Positions 35,501-41,899 of a DNA stretch of 64,000 bases are shown here, in pieces. A program made the translations under genes and the position numbers. Within the stretch, counting starts at the first letter, position 1. The number at the start of each line of letters is the position of its first letter. The stretch comes from a virus. Taxonomy: Duplodnaviria; Caudoviricetes. The DNA is taken from IMG/VR virus record IMGVR_UViG_3300037424_002164, positions 23,780 to 87,779 of that record; one strand, written 5' to 3'. Under the pieces are notes generated by a model. That model had not been told where the DNA came from and did no database searches. It was given only the letters and a program-made list of their open reading frames with translations.

Positions 35501-37202
35501 CGCCCGGCGGCACCTTCAGATCCGCGTACCGCTGGAGGTTCTCGTTGAACAGCCCGAGGCCGGTGTTGTAGTCCTCGATGTCCGCTCCATGCTGCGCAAC
35601 GGCATTTTCCAGTTCGGCGATAACCAGGTTGTGCAGCTTGACCTTTTGATCGAATGCGGCCAGTTGCTCGGGGGGTGAGTCCGGACCGATTTGCTGGGCT
35701 TCCGCCTCGATCGCGGCTTTCCGCGCCAGGGCCTCCTCGCCCTGCGCCGTCAGCGTCAGGCGGATTACGCCGAGATGGTCCCGCTTGGATTCAAGCTCGG
35801 CTTCGCTCGGAATCGGAACGGGCTCGACCTCGGCGGGGTCGAACTCGACGGTCGCCGCTTGCGCCGGGATTTCCGGGATTGCAGGTAGCGCTAGTTTCCG
35901 GATTTTGGCGGCGGCTTCAGGATGCGTTTTTCCGAGACTCCCCAGAAAGTCCGCGAGAAAAGCGTTCCGCTGTTCCAGCGTGATACCTGGAACGTCTTCG
36001 GGGCGGAATGCGGCCATGTAGGATGGAGCTTCCAAAAGTTGTGAGAGCTTATCCACCCCACGACCCTCTTTGGCGAGAACCCCCATGATCTCGGGGTGCT
36101 TTCCCGCCATCGTCTTGTAGAGGTTCTCGATTGCCTCGGAACCCGCTGGATCTAGCGGATCTCCGAGTGTCTGATCGAGCAGGTTGTGCACCGTCTCGTG
36201 GAGGACCAGCCGGCGCTGTTCGTCCGGGTTCTCTGCCGGGTTGATGTAGATCGCTCCGCGGCCCTTGGGGATCTTGAGCCCCGGAAACTTGTCGGTGATG
36301 AGTTTCGCGTACTCCGGCACCGGCTCTCCGTACCCGGTGAGTCCAACGCCCGGTTGATCGACCTCCGGAATGTCCTTCGTTTCCGCGAAGATGATGGGAG
36401 CGCGGGTGTGGCGGCTTTCCGCGTAGGTCGGCAGGTTGCCGGCGAAGGAGTCGCGCGTGGTCGGCTTCAGCTTGATACGACCAGATTCGTAATCCTTGTG
36501 GAGCTGCTCGGCGTAAGAAGTGGCGGCATTGGCATCCTGGAAGATGCCCAGGTGCTTGCCGGTCTTGTGGTATTCCTCCTCTGCCGCTTTTCTGCTGAGG
36601 AAACGGCCATCGGGCGTAACCCTCGGAACCAGGATTTCCTTGCCGTCTTCCTCGAAACTGGTCGAGTCGACGGTGCTGGTCTTCCCTGGCTTCTCGGGAT
36701 TCGGAATCGCTGGCTGGGAAGCCAGGTCAATGTTGCCCGGGGTGAGAAGGCCCGGAATCGGAGCGACATCGGCCGGGTCGAACTCCTGGGGACCGGTGCC
36801 ATTGCTCTTGCCGGTGATCTTCTCCACGTAGTCCCGCGTTTCCTTGGGCCACGGATCGCCCCGGGCCACCCGTGTGGGCCCGAGATTGTAGGCCGCGGTC
36901 GCTTTGACGGGATCGTTATTGAACCGCTTGAGCAGGTCGCGGTAGTAGCGCGCGCCGGCGTCGATGTTCTGTTCGAGGTTGTTCGGATCGATTCCGTACT
37001 CCTTCACGGCGGTATCGGGCATGAGCTGCATCACCCCGATCGCGCCCTTGGGCGACACCCTGGACTGATCGAAAGCGCTCTCCTGCTGCGCCATTTTGAC
37101 GAGGTGATCCGGATCGAGGCCGTAGGTTTGGGCGGCCTGGCGCACAAGCGTCTCGATGTCGGTTTCGACCTCGGAGGGGTCGAGCAGCAGGTATTCGGGC
37201 AT
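20547..37202 (-). CDS. Giant polyvalent ejection protein (gp16 position): SLT transglycosylase, two HExxH domains, 2H phosphoesterase, DarB-like N6-adenine MTase plus SNF2-type helicase
   Basis: 5551 aa; QES/GAIGVMQLMP/AAYN (SLT); HITI and HATI (2H); LEPGMGSGNF and VIGNVPFG (MTase); HVVGSGKT, VDEAD, ATGTP, PWRP..IEQR.GR..RQGN (SF2). Confidence 0.93.
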   Translation of the reverse strand: MPEYLLLDPSEVETDIETLVRQAAQTYGLDPDHLVKMAQQESAFDQSRVSPKGAIGVMQLMPDTAVKEYGIDPNNLEQNIDAGARYYRDLLKRFNNDPVKATAAYNLGPTRVARGDPWPKETRDYVEKITGKSNGTGPQEFDPADVAPIPGLLTPGNIDLASQPAIPNPEKPGKTSTVDSTSFEEDGKEILVPRVTPDGRFLSRKAAEEEYHKTGKHLGIFQDANAATSYAEQLHKDYESGRIKLKPTTRDSFAGNLPTYAESRHTRAPIIFAETKDIPEVDQPGVGLTGYGEPVPEYAKLITDKFPGLKIPKGRGAIYINPAENPDEQRRLVLHETVHNLLDQTLGDPLDPAGSEAIENLYKTMAGKHPEIMGVLAKEGRGVDKLSQLLEAPSYMAAFRPEDVPGITLEQRNAFLADFLGSLGKTHPEAAAKIRKLALPAIPEIPAQAATVEFDPAEVEPVPIPSEAELESKRDHLGVIRLTLTAQGEEALARKAAIEAEAQQIGPDSPPEQLAAFDQKVKLHNLVIAELENAVAQHGADIEDYNTGLGLFNENLQRYADLKVPPGAERTGTPGVPGVEVSIRPEYTIPEGLKRFGKHFVETNITNKYARPMGEPIVRPSLLLPTAEEAQGNPLEGLIAAERGLTGAVEPLTSMESAGMVALGAGATNLLRGVVNLPVAVKLLKGSPVVMKAADVATMAAVPAGFAVLAGNGTILEGDAAWKAAKRGDYIAATEHGAAALGSAAIAALAAAGAVKAGRTAAEAYPVGEIPARGAPRQVRLKTAVEETAALTKSGQRLAAQAWSEQAQKIATEDWGKIFGEDIKLDLNGTAVRIHFEGATTPAGAQGRGRPQWVLIDEATGKRLAAGSAETIRTRIEQRGGAGTPEETATRLDLDYSQAVADRAEAQSIADQARNEGTRDIYAEAVMKEADSRISDIQKQRAKLGREGTQLPQAERPAQAESEAVAPEITKGATFETPSGVTRVLEVKKGRVFFEKEMKAGNKIRGTLGLADFEQQFLAPPVSGDTGQPAVTQPPQKPVTPPQQVAEPPATPSQVSPETEAAEQSYQKAVEFARAATGPVTDKALWTELKIPRHQGAALVRRMKQEGVLDAQGKPQPQGAKPLVSPPAPPVSSTTPAVAPEGKVYQGEIKGEWSPYYRTLQEAQAAGAERIELVTAPTYWKDEPFAPPAKPSAAEPETATEGVEAGRDKAMLQEFRARVEGGRKKLAEAAGKPVPIQTGEKTWLQEAIDRDFELAQRLGIVDEVERLSASELTAKQVAERLGDKLKNVGDAGFEGMDRARLVRVVRNKLGIPSMDDKREFSKWVEDYRQRAAPPAAAGVVTLDPDEVTPVAQEPERKLPRHLSGAMPRYNYGNKSFEIEFASDVDRAAYITAQKTPSKRDADYVAFVAKATGLEEAEVRAYGERVRGAIKEQARDAEPGKLTVERVGFAAKEEGAAGKSAFGAASGEPAVASPPAAAKQEIPSQLGKPAPAGKPRTEPEKPAVKLSDQEISEQLRTRLEKDAAAASARIKEALKRRRGTEGDLASIEEPADTGIPEDLKELWPDLKTVAAHKILAGHHRMGRFTTALSEEFGDWIVPHAQKLYDDASNWIEGETDRMRGVKPEEKEQFDYASTQVNLQGPIAARILAFGETIPDEHLASEAGAKYGGESAAKGRETQPHITIKYGLHGGEPEAVRKLIANEPPVKLKLGKTSIFAGTDNGDVLKVDVESPDLARLNEKIADALPNTETHPGYKPHATIAYLRDGKGKQYTGKEIPGITGQEITLDRIVFSDKSGKQTEIELKGSPAEPAKPAPAPDPVVTHKLPGGGVVQELKSPELRFQKNDHVRWTDKEGKTREGYVSRVEGFTVFIGEEPDQRFGMFRPVHVSRVEKVEEKAKTEAPKQEAAGQGEKPAQPPARPGTSAKTETEPRMASGQPAPEALPAGESTRKETPEAGQYALTGDTYVHRNQIKKLGGRWNGEQKAWIIDADKLPDVQRISRKIVATPHGQPTTETPSAPEAAQLSVIERSIIRNLETNRVTQSGSLEESVASDIENLTRDAFNNGLAQLLRLGLIRRGPEEGGNISFARNPAGTQALKAAQEKKAPEAPATPRPEPGPRRFSQGDTIRWTHASGQEKYGYITSVSETEYRVRAHPAGEGAPDVATQTIEYVPFDARDLRKDTGGPEQSVKAPAKSYRVYVKVKNEWTPNGQFFATKEEADHAGDSLMSRWMAADAAESRLENQAPNYFWDDEEYTAKPLSERKEGVEGKEAGLPSPEAAVEPLVPEAAEPDQITAPESEKKSIMEAEQPDAGDRRTHPRTGTETAGAGRPQRGGGDALRPGGPETLAGVPPEDVRGDGEGESALPPGARGGVSDRGATGQPDAAGPELGEGSRTGRPPVVSPPGGRGAAQPRVDAVEPRSIDGDFRLTPEQAAQAERGGARTKAQNNLAAIRIVKQVQAENRAPTIEEQQAIAKYVGWGDSELANGIFGYKREWAGIREELEGLLTPEEFEAARESTINAHYTRRDLARTMWDAARRLGFRAGGSLLEPGMGSGNFFMMMPEDLTPGTGRTGVEMDLLTGAMARALYPGSNIVIKPYQETNLPDGYFDLVIGNVPFGNVGVNDAAFRRTPYLTENIHNYFIAKSVEKLRPGGVMLVITSRYTMDSKAPAFRRWVNERAELLGAIRLPRDTFLANAGTSVTVDIIALRRRIPEGVPVSDEKWVESRTLDTDDGFKVDVNEYFHRHPEMMMGKMGAGTQYRRGYPELFGEFSLDKLDKMLARLPEGVIPSWEQQPSGARDNLVENYPDAQFMKDGQIAYVDGALVRREGAYFRPLPLKGKKLDRAKALIELRGAAREVIRTQRHEFEEKEILAARKALNRVYDHFVKRHGPVNGNGNSLVFGEDPDWPLLTALEDYNKDTKTATKRAMFRERTIQKPPRITSVETGAEALAVSLNDLGRLDWSRMQELTGRTPEELRQELGGKIYRNPITKSWETRDEYLSGNVRKKLRDAEFAAGEDPQFLPNVEALKAIQPRDLDIGDIDAPLGATWIPDTDYSDFLREVLRVEESEARATDLVKYVPLTGSFAIRPQYTFSDKGVANSVDYGTAYFSGMELLEFAINGKMPVARDEEVGYTAGGYPTTVMVKNAEATIEAVEKQRALVDQFSKWLWSDSKRANRLKGKYNEERNNLKLREFDGSHQTFPGLNRTWLRNQDPDPHQKTAVWRTIQSGNTLYAHVVGSGKTLEITMAAMELRRLGLARKPMITVPNHLVGQWKDAFLLAYPGAQILVPTKKDFDKQNRRKLMSRIATGNYDAVIVGHTHFQLLAVKDETFKEFMDAQVAELEAAIETFSKGKQKGEAGRDPTVKQLVRRKKQLEAKIEKRTKREKKDTGVTFEELGVDWLFVDEADLFKNLGYLTMMDRVAGLPNSDADRATDMLLKTRYVSQLHGGDRGLVFATGTPVSNSIAEIWTMMRYLIPQYLEREGLDQFDAWAKTFGKVRTQMEVAPEGGRFISRSRFAEFHNAPELMNMFRLAADIQTAEKLNLPTPAVYQGGPIDVVAPASAAQKAYVLEIGKRADDIRNGVIKDPSIDNMLKLSSDGRKASLDMRLVDPLAEEEPVSKVAKAIDNIVAINKEFGQYRAAQLVFLDLSTPKSEKVTRAKPAAAEEVANVADQEETLYDEKEEEVTEEVVTTDEQREIFTVYGQIRQKLIARGFKPEQVAFIHDAKTDIQKLLLYERVNRGDVRVLIGSTEKMGAGMNVQERLIANHHLDAPWRPRDIEQRDGRIKRQGNKLWDEHKIPVRIYRYMTEGTFDAFMWETVSAKAKPIQQFMNGDPAVRRIEELSPAVMSYEQAKAVSSGNPLVREKIILDQEVLKAEIMRGTWLTEQATISQTLATLPEETKAARQRVENFTTDIAARNSDSALVIDGKRYEEKEIRAEGAPILIERLKKVGVITEPQSIETTYHGIPLEATPHFAELGVRHSKTDQSVGANLLFAREMTPDNKWLYYQVTAQGFQQNWHDIHKRDAFGLKELDLSRATQVHVEWDKMESRFELKYFSAPQLRLRAASGTYRVSVNYDANPAGTIASADNHLRGFEESLQHGKDQLRRLEKQQVELESRLGQPFKGEEKLRTMLRRQQELSDQLGAEANDRQALGADEEQEANRRDPLRPMRLDPTTSMHADWFPSRRIFAASDYGKYPVQVRVVGKYLGVREVTKGKSYEVIHLPSGKRMGNFFHQDYHAVAFARQAEASLDWNWAVMPKGFKEKFERFQEKFEAPDETPEESLERLRAKVDATQNPPAENPPQGDLASLEEDSLPEHPPTYYPQFEKLAAADPKLFLHDQTEPRFLWADQNALNLLKAVLPKHQQTWAGMHFTTTSVLRMVDTLRQVAPNVSPEARAKIEAIAAELEAGVSDFRPLLIVGHRPGDSWQRLRERIKHERFHWFQTQEAGGEGKAGVEHIDAESFLQDQLARRALRGLTETGYPRITSEYEMHAMAAEIGAHLAQGPRGWARMGISRDEAKQLFSRYLDYLIERHGGEIVSRLPRIASQLNGVLDETRTKAAEARRQGYQPGYAPGAREAPGELLGGVRQGVPARGSQAADLPATQAVAPRRGTAGFWVTPEGEVIPLGAEAEHQNLSRFRGKNKDQLLRSGYIRTRGNGIEIQGLEAVDPSRLRQAVERAAKGADSLYVDTAARSMVYDTEDLEANDWSLRKVRPVESFWRGEAGDMDLASIGEWLSERFGEESAEVNYGGLRGVFGPLETRYRRNLGQTRRASARVHREALRTASSNAKSRVILRAAVPTILDALKGSDFTWPELRLALIESRLRGIRERWERFAEQISTMEDTQLQEVFKEEFAGLLSAIQGKRGIPQDVVETAAALDEAADWDTLREFLGQTFSDAAANVAEVMEPRWYDRVTSDPQVQDALRAYKRLVEAPMAQNHALNEGVFSDSLGPLDTYYPLIPFDRNPGFFGSRVTYKKPKNAANKFATGLAEGYDVGMEAFQERLSRAIRANDRAALLKVLEEEGLLQPAEQGQDTIVWNGVEYTGVQVPVSEARTLIKDKKTIPLKTRMDILPAWLHRELKPILEHQPHSADPSRKIVRTLNTLSLIGPLDMVFHARNVLGALVSNTPFLGPTLADKAVSVPLVKSLAVVWKVLLQTDPTTPENLEKLLEVADIGGVPSKYGSQTYSRKYAEATGATLKHFPLTLGPMLYGPKGLDARARIVMWDIAKALFPEESQAGERSLFVNQLGNYTPELWSEIERALKEWGIAPFFTAGSTALANGVNAWTGLGPMPKGWRALRLMYLLTAGALGLLAFWVIASKLLTGKYPTEDRRAKLFQLPVGGGNGPLDKYRYSKLGRALWGDGPETGYLSFNAFNPLVGRGARALGLTGAFETRQLGGNFGQQLEAAQRDSLNALVHPGLGPVPRSVFTGVFLKETYLTSFRDQAGRLNPQFFPSVDPNTPAGWPTMGARMRAAGMELNSFFGDVGQTLGESTGFLDPAEKYSQGNKYLRQSLDLFAPGLVARASNQDRRAKALERQRTTKRKTFGTPAFKPAAGF
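23399..23560 (-). CDS. Candidate nested out-of-frame small gene inside the giant gene
   Basis: MKPEPKPPKLDARATSRAMRLARAKLRGNYSEEFDKVFPPEEAKPPTSPPPKQ; GGAG 6 nt upstream of the ATG. Confidence 0.4.
   Translation of the reverse strand: MKPEPKPPKLDARATSRAMRLARAKLRGNYSEEFDKVFPPEEAKPPTSPPPKQ
29930..30283 (-). CDS. Candidate nested out-of-frame gene (TnpV-like pattern) inside the giant gene
   Basis: 117-aa helical protein; GGAGGCGGAG SD 7 nt upstream; host frame is low-complexity here. Confidence 0.6.
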   Translation of the reverse strand: MPETAELTLEQARKLPEPAAHKEVEETPFAQAVLKHWQEFRPKMCAEMEKAKVLYRLVLVAAFLTVELRVSLTQQGLSWEKVVELADHQWYRLPEEEEQPNLELTPSNLGLSMETSA

Positions 37203-37298
37203 GGGCGTGGGAAAAGAAGATAGAACAAAAGGGGCCGCAGACCCTGACGTTTTACTAACGTGTTTTTGACGCCCTGCGGAGGCGCACTACCCGAGACC

Positions 37299-38714
37299 TT
37301 AGATCGGCTCGGCCTGGATCTTGCCGTTTACGACGCTCTTGACCCGGTAGAGTTTGCCGCCGGGTCCACGGACGGTCTGCCCCTCGGCGTAGGTCACGCC
37401 TTTGACCGTCCATTTCTTGGCGGTTTTCGGTTGACCGGGCGCAGCCGGAGCGGAGGGTGCGGGTTTCGCCGGCGGTTGTGAAGCCGGCTGTCCGTTCGTG
37501 GGTTTCGCGGTGGCTGGCATCGCAGCCGCCGGAGGAATCACTGGCTGGGGCGGCGCACCCTCACTTACCTTCGAGAGCGGAACGCCCTGGGGCGCAGAGA
37601 ACTCCCCGACCTTGGCCTTTTCCCGGATCTTCTTCTGGGCGGCCTGGAGGTCGGCAACCTGCTTCGTTGTTTCGTCTAGCTGCTGCTGGAACACGCGCTG
37701 CAACTCGGGGGTGGCGATGTATTCCTTGACCTCTTTGCCTTCCGGGTCGAGGGCATTGAAGCTCCTGGCTTCCTTGCCTTTCGCCTCGGCGTTCAGCTTC
37801 ATCAGGCGCCCGAGGCGTTCCCGCTTGCGATGCAACTCCTGTTCTTTTCCCTGGAGCCCGTCGTGCTCCTTCATCGCGTCGTCGAGTTCCTTCTTGCCGG
37901 CCTGTGACTTCGTCCAGTCGAAGCGCTCGCCGGCAAGCGTACCCTCTCCTCCCGCCTTCGACTTCTTGATGGGCTGCCCGGAGGGAGTTTTGGCCTCCAC
38001 GGAGGTTCCGGTGGCCGGGCTTACCAGGTACGTGCCCTCCTCGGTGGACATCTCGAAGGGCCTTCCGCCCCGCACTTCCTCGTCGGACTTCGCCTTTACG
38101 CCGGGCATTTCGGCTTGGTGCTTCTCGGTCTTCTGCGAGCTTTCCAGGTCCTTGATGCCCGCTTCGTGGATCTGCACCGCTGTCATGGCCTGCTTCGCAA
38201 TCTGTCCGATGGCAGCCTGTGTCTGCTCGTTCCAGCCCTTCGCGCGCCATTGCTCGGCCTGCTCGGGGGTGATGAGCTGTTTCTGGACAGCGCTGTCGAT
38301 GCCACGCAAGTATGAGGGCTCGTCGGTGACCGAGGCGGCGATCGAACCCAGTAGCTCCGCTTTCGCCTTCGCATTCTCGATTCCAGCCTTGCCCAGCGCC
38401 AGATTCTCTTTGCGCGAATCATCCACGGTCTTGATGATGGCCAGTTGCCGTTTCTGCGACACCTTGCCGGCCACCTTTTCGGGGAGTTTGTACAGGTCAC
38501 CCTTTACTTCTTCGAACGCCTGGCGCACAACTTCGTCGTCGGCCTCGTCCTGCTTGCGCTCGCGCAGCTTCTGCTCGTGCTCCTGGAACTGGATCTCGTT
38601 CAGCTTGTTCCGGTCGAGCAGGGCCTTGAAGGACACCGCCCGGCCATAGGCCTCCATGGGGTCTGGGACCTGGATCGGACGCACTTGCAGGGGAATACTG
38701 GGATCAATGGGCAT
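37299..38714 (-). CDS. Ejection/DNA transfer protein (P22 gp20-like position)
   Basis: Helical Q/K/E-rich protein between the gp7-like and gp16-like genes. Confidence 0.7.
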   Translation of the reverse strand: MPIDPSIPLQVRPIQVPDPMEAYGRAVSFKALLDRNKLNEIQFQEHEQKLRERKQDEADDEVVRQAFEEVKGDLYKLPEKVAGKVSQKRQLAIIKTVDDSRKENLALGKAGIENAKAKAELLGSIAASVTDEPSYLRGIDSAVQKQLITPEQAEQWRAKGWNEQTQAAIGQIAKQAMTAVQIHEAGIKDLESSQKTEKHQAEMPGVKAKSDEEVRGGRPFEMSTEEGTYLVSPATGTSVEAKTPSGQPIKKSKAGGEGTLAGERFDWTKSQAGKKELDDAMKEHDGLQGKEQELHRKRERLGRLMKLNAEAKGKEARSFNALDPEGKEVKEYIATPELQRVFQQQLDETTKQVADLQAAQKKIREKAKVGEFSAPQGVPLSKVSEGAPPQPVIPPAAAMPATAKPTNGQPASQPPAKPAPSAPAAPGQPKTAKKWTVKGVTYAEGQTVRGPGGKLYRVKSVVNGKIQAEPI

Positions 38715-38758
38715 TTTGATTACACCTCGTCAGAGCGCTTTCAGTTATGGTGTGAAGT

Positions 38759-39010
38759 ATGGAGCGGCTCGTCGATTACCAGGGCAATCCCGTCGTCCGT
38801 GACGGCCCCTGCCCGGAATGCGGGGGAAACTGCGCTCCTGAGTGCGGGATGCATCCGGCGGGCTGCACTTTTGGGGGGTTCTCCTGCGGATATTGGCTTG
38901 CAACCGACGACTGTCCGCTCGATCACCCGAACATTCACTGCCACGGTCCCGGCGATCCTTGTCCGCTCGATGATACGTCGGCCTTCTGGAGGGGAACAAA
39001 GCCTCAGTAG
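38759..39010 (+). CDS. Small Cys/His-rich protein (9 Cys, 4 His), antisense to the late operon
   Basis: Fills the gap between 38714 and 39004; CPEC, CAPEC. Confidence 0.45.
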   Translation: MERLVDYQGNPVVRDGPCPECGGNCAPECGMHPAGCTFGGFSCGYWLATDDCPLDHPNIHCHGPGDPCPLDDTSAFWRGTKPQ

Positions 39011-40275
39011 ATGTACGCCGCCGGCCCCACATCTGCCGCAAACGTCGTCGGCGCCGTCAGGCTCGGCATGGTCCCGAACGATCCCGCCGTCGAGTTGGTG
39101 AGCACGTCGATAAAAGTGCTCGCGGCCACGGTACGCAACCGGTCGGTGGTTCCATTGAGCTGGCCGCAGACCCAGTAGCGCGCCGGCCCCACGGCAGCGT
39201 AGGTGGCGGTGAACGCGATTTCCTGGAAGGCGTTCGCCCCGGAAGTAGTGGTTCCGGCCAGGGCGCTGTTTGCCAGCACGGACCCGCCGGCGGATCCGTA
39301 CAGCGCGACGATCCACTTGTCTGTCCCAACCGTCCCGCCGTTCAACACCCCAATCCCGGTGAGCGTCATGTTGCGCGGCAGGAACGCCTCCGCGCAGTAG
39401 AGCGTTCCGGCGACCGGCGTGGTGCTGGTTCCGAAGGAAGCGTAGGCTACGCTCCCGATGGAAACCGTGGAATACCTGCTCCGTCCGGTGTGGAAGACCC
39501 CGGAGGTTGGGGTGACGACGCCGGCGGCCGAGACGCTGGCGACAACCGACCCGCCGCTGTTCTTCCATTCCTGGAGATTGGCGGTTTGCGCAGCCGCGCC
39601 CTGAACCGTAGCCGGTACGACACCGGCGGAGGTGGCCCGGTGCGTGGCCTCGTAGCTTCCCATCAGCCCGGCCGCGGTGACGTAGAACTTGGCACCGGCC
39701 ACGTCCAGCGTGTTGGTGCACGTGTTGGTCAGCAGGCAGAGCCTGTCGTTCGAGTCGTCCCAGAAGAACTTGGCGTTATCCTGGGCATAGACCCCACTTG
39801 TGGTCGCGAACGCAACGGAACCCGGCGTGAAGGCGATTCTGCTGCCGGTTCCTCCTTCTGCCGGCCGTACGGGCAGCCCCTGGCCGGCGAGATATCCCCG
39901 GTAGGCCACGTTGATGGCCGGATTCGTCCCGCCGCTCAGGACCGAAAGGTTCACGGTGATGAACGAGTACGTCGCATCCGGCAGGGTGACACTCCCGTTC
40001 AGCGTGCACGTGTTGGTCGACGCCGTGGACCAGGTGATCGCGTCCAGGCTCGATTCGATCAACAGCGTGCAGCCGGCCGGCGCGCCCGAGACGGTCCACT
40101 CGAAAACATGGTTTGTGATGCCGAGGCCTCGGACGTCGGAGAAGATCGGAGACTGGCCGGTGGCCGTCTGGGCCCGGAACATCTGCGCGTAGATGGCGCT
40201 GGTCACCGCCGAGGTTTGCGCGTCGAGCGCAGCGCAGAAAAGAGCCGCGCACAGAAAGGCTTGAACTGTTCTCAT
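39004..40275 (-). CDS. Signal-peptide-bearing beta-rich protein (tail/fibre-like)
   Basis: MRTVQAFLCAALFCAALDA|QT leader; Thr/Gly/Ala-rich. Confidence 0.75.
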   Translation of the reverse strand: MRTVQAFLCAALFCAALDAQTSAVTSAIYAQMFRAQTATGQSPIFSDVRGLGITNHVFEWTVSGAPAGCTLLIESSLDAITWSTASTNTCTLNGSVTLPDATYSFITVNLSVLSGGTNPAINVAYRGYLAGQGLPVRPAEGGTGSRIAFTPGSVAFATTSGVYAQDNAKFFWDDSNDRLCLLTNTCTNTLDVAGAKFYVTAAGLMGSYEATHRATSAGVVPATVQGAAAQTANLQEWKNSGGSVVASVSAAGVVTPTSGVFHTGRSRYSTVSIGSVAYASFGTSTTPVAGTLYCAEAFLPRNMTLTGIGVLNGGTVGTDKWIVALYGSAGGSVLANSALAGTTTSGANAFQEIAFTATYAAVGPARYWVCGQLNGTTDRLRTVAASTFIDVLTNSTAGSFGTMPSLTAPTTFAADVGPAAYIY

Positions 40276-40340
40276 GTTGCACCTCATCCGTATGGGTTTC
40301 CGAAAGTAGTCGCTCTCCGGGATCGGAACCTTGGGGCTCA

Positions 40341-41435
40341 TCAGCCGCCTCCGAAGTAGTTGCTCTGCGGCACCGGAATTTTTGGGTTCATCAACTGGCT
40401 CAGCAGCAGCGCGTTCATAATTGAGCCCGTTGCTCCGCCGATCCCCTGCGCCCAGGCATTCGCCGAGCCGACCTGGCCTGCGGCCTTGGCATTCGCTCCG
40501 CCGGTGAGCGCGGCGGCCGCCGATTCGGCTCCCCGCATGCGCAGGTTGCCAGCTCCCTCGGCGCCTCCCATCAGGAAGCTGCCCGAGGTCCGCGCGCCCT
40601 CCATGCCGTAGCCGCCCTTCAGCGCAGCGCCCGACATCAGGTTGTTCACGGCCGTGCTCCCGTACCATTCCCCGAGCTGGTTGGCCTGGCCGGTGGCGGT
40701 TTGCCCGACCGAGGTCAGGCCCATCAGCCGCTGGTAGCGCGCGGCGTTTTCCTGCTGGAAGCGATCGAAAGCGTTTTGATACTCCTGGGAGGCCACGCCC
40801 TGCGAATAGCGGGTCAGGGATTTTAGCGTGCCGCCGCCGAGCACCCGGCCGCGCGCGGAGGCCGAGCGTTCGAGCGCCTTCTGCCCTTCCTGCATCCGGA
40901 AGTCGTATCCGGGGTCTTCCTGGTAATCGGCCATCCCGAAGCGGCGGTTGAATTCGCCGCCCGGCGCCATCAGGTCGGAGACCTGGGCGACCGCGCCCTT
41001 GCCGGCTTCGAGGTACGGAGTGAGGTTCTCCTGGCCGGTGTCGTAGACGCCCTGGAGCTTTTCCTGGCCCTGTTCGGTGGCTTCGGAGACCCCGCCCATC
41101 GCGGTCTCGGTGGCGGTTTTGACATCGCCTGAAGCTGTCTGGCCGGCCTGCTCGACGGCGGTGGCGCCTTTTTCGCCCGCCTCGGTGGCGATCTTACCGG
41201 CCTCGGCGGCCGCGTCCGACTGCGTTTCGGCGGCGCTCTTGGCCGCCTTCGATCCGATGACGGAGCTGGCGATCGAACCGCCGGCTCCGATGGCGGCCGC
41301 GGCGATGATGGCGGCGGTCGTCCCGATGAAGTAGGCGCAGTGTCCCGTGTGGGGACGAAGCGCGGCGGGTCTTTCTCCCGCCATCGCATCCAGGCCCGCC
41401 AGAACCTCCGCCCGGTACAGTTGGCGAGAAGTCAT
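40341..41435 (-). CDS. Ejection/DNA transfer protein (P22 gp7-like)
   Basis: Ala/Gly-rich; DPGYDFRMQEG.KAL..SASARG..L.G.TLK.L..Y.QG.ASQEYQNA motif. Confidence 0.82.
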   Translation of the reverse strand: MTSRQLYRAEVLAGLDAMAGERPAALRPHTGHCAYFIGTTAAIIAAAAIGAGGSIASSVIGSKAAKSAAETQSDAAAEAGKIATEAGEKGATAVEQAGQTASGDVKTATETAMGGVSEATEQGQEKLQGVYDTGQENLTPYLEAGKGAVAQVSDLMAPGGEFNRRFGMADYQEDPGYDFRMQEGQKALERSASARGRVLGGGTLKSLTRYSQGVASQEYQNAFDRFQQENAARYQRLMGLTSVGQTATGQANQLGEWYGSTAVNNLMSGAALKGGYGMEGARTSGSFLMGGAEGAGNLRMRGAESAAAALTGGANAKAAGQVGSANAWAQGIGGATGSIMNALLLSQLMNPKIPVPQSNYFGGG

Positions 41436-41899
41436 AAAAGCTCCTTGTGATAGTTCACTTCGACGGCTTCAAACCCCAGCCGCCGGTAGATCCTGTCCAG
41501 CCGTTCCGGCATCACGTCGAGCAGGCGCGCCATGCGCAACTGCACGCAGCCTTTGGCTCGCGCCCATTGCTCGAACGCCCGCAGGAGATCGAGGCCGCGC
41601 CCGCGTGCGCCGGGCCGGACGAACCAGAAAAACTCGGTCGCGATCGGATCGCCCGAGTAAATATCCGGGACGGCCACGCCGCCCAGCGTGCCTTGAATCT
41701 CCCCGGCGGCATTCGTGAGCACGAACACAACACCCGTGCCCGAGGAGACGAGGCCCGTCCAGACGGTCTGGAACAGCTCCATGTCGAAGCGCTTCAGAAA
41801 TCTGGAGGCCGCGTAGAACTCGCGCGCGCAGTCTTCGAGCTGCGAGAGCTCCGCGATCGGAAGCTCGCGAACAACTACGCTCTGTGGTGAAGGCATCAT
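41432..41899 (-). CDS. GNAT acetyltransferase-like protein (P22 gp14 position)
   Basis: EFFWFVRP..RGRG..LLRAFE.WAR.KG; YRRLGF. Confidence 0.85.
   Translation of the reverse strand: MMPSPQSVVVRELPIAELSQLEDCAREFYAASRFLKRFDMELFQTVWTGLVSSGTGVVFVLTNAAGEIQGTLGGVAVPDIYSGDPIATEFFWFVRPGARGRGLDLLRAFEQWARAKGCVQLRMARLLDVMPERLDRIYRRLGFEAVEVNYHKELL

Noticed and set aside
38741-39721. 326-aa and 98-aa minus-strand alternative ORFs overlapping 39004-40275
   Set aside because: Arg/Gly-rich off-frame translations without SD or motifs
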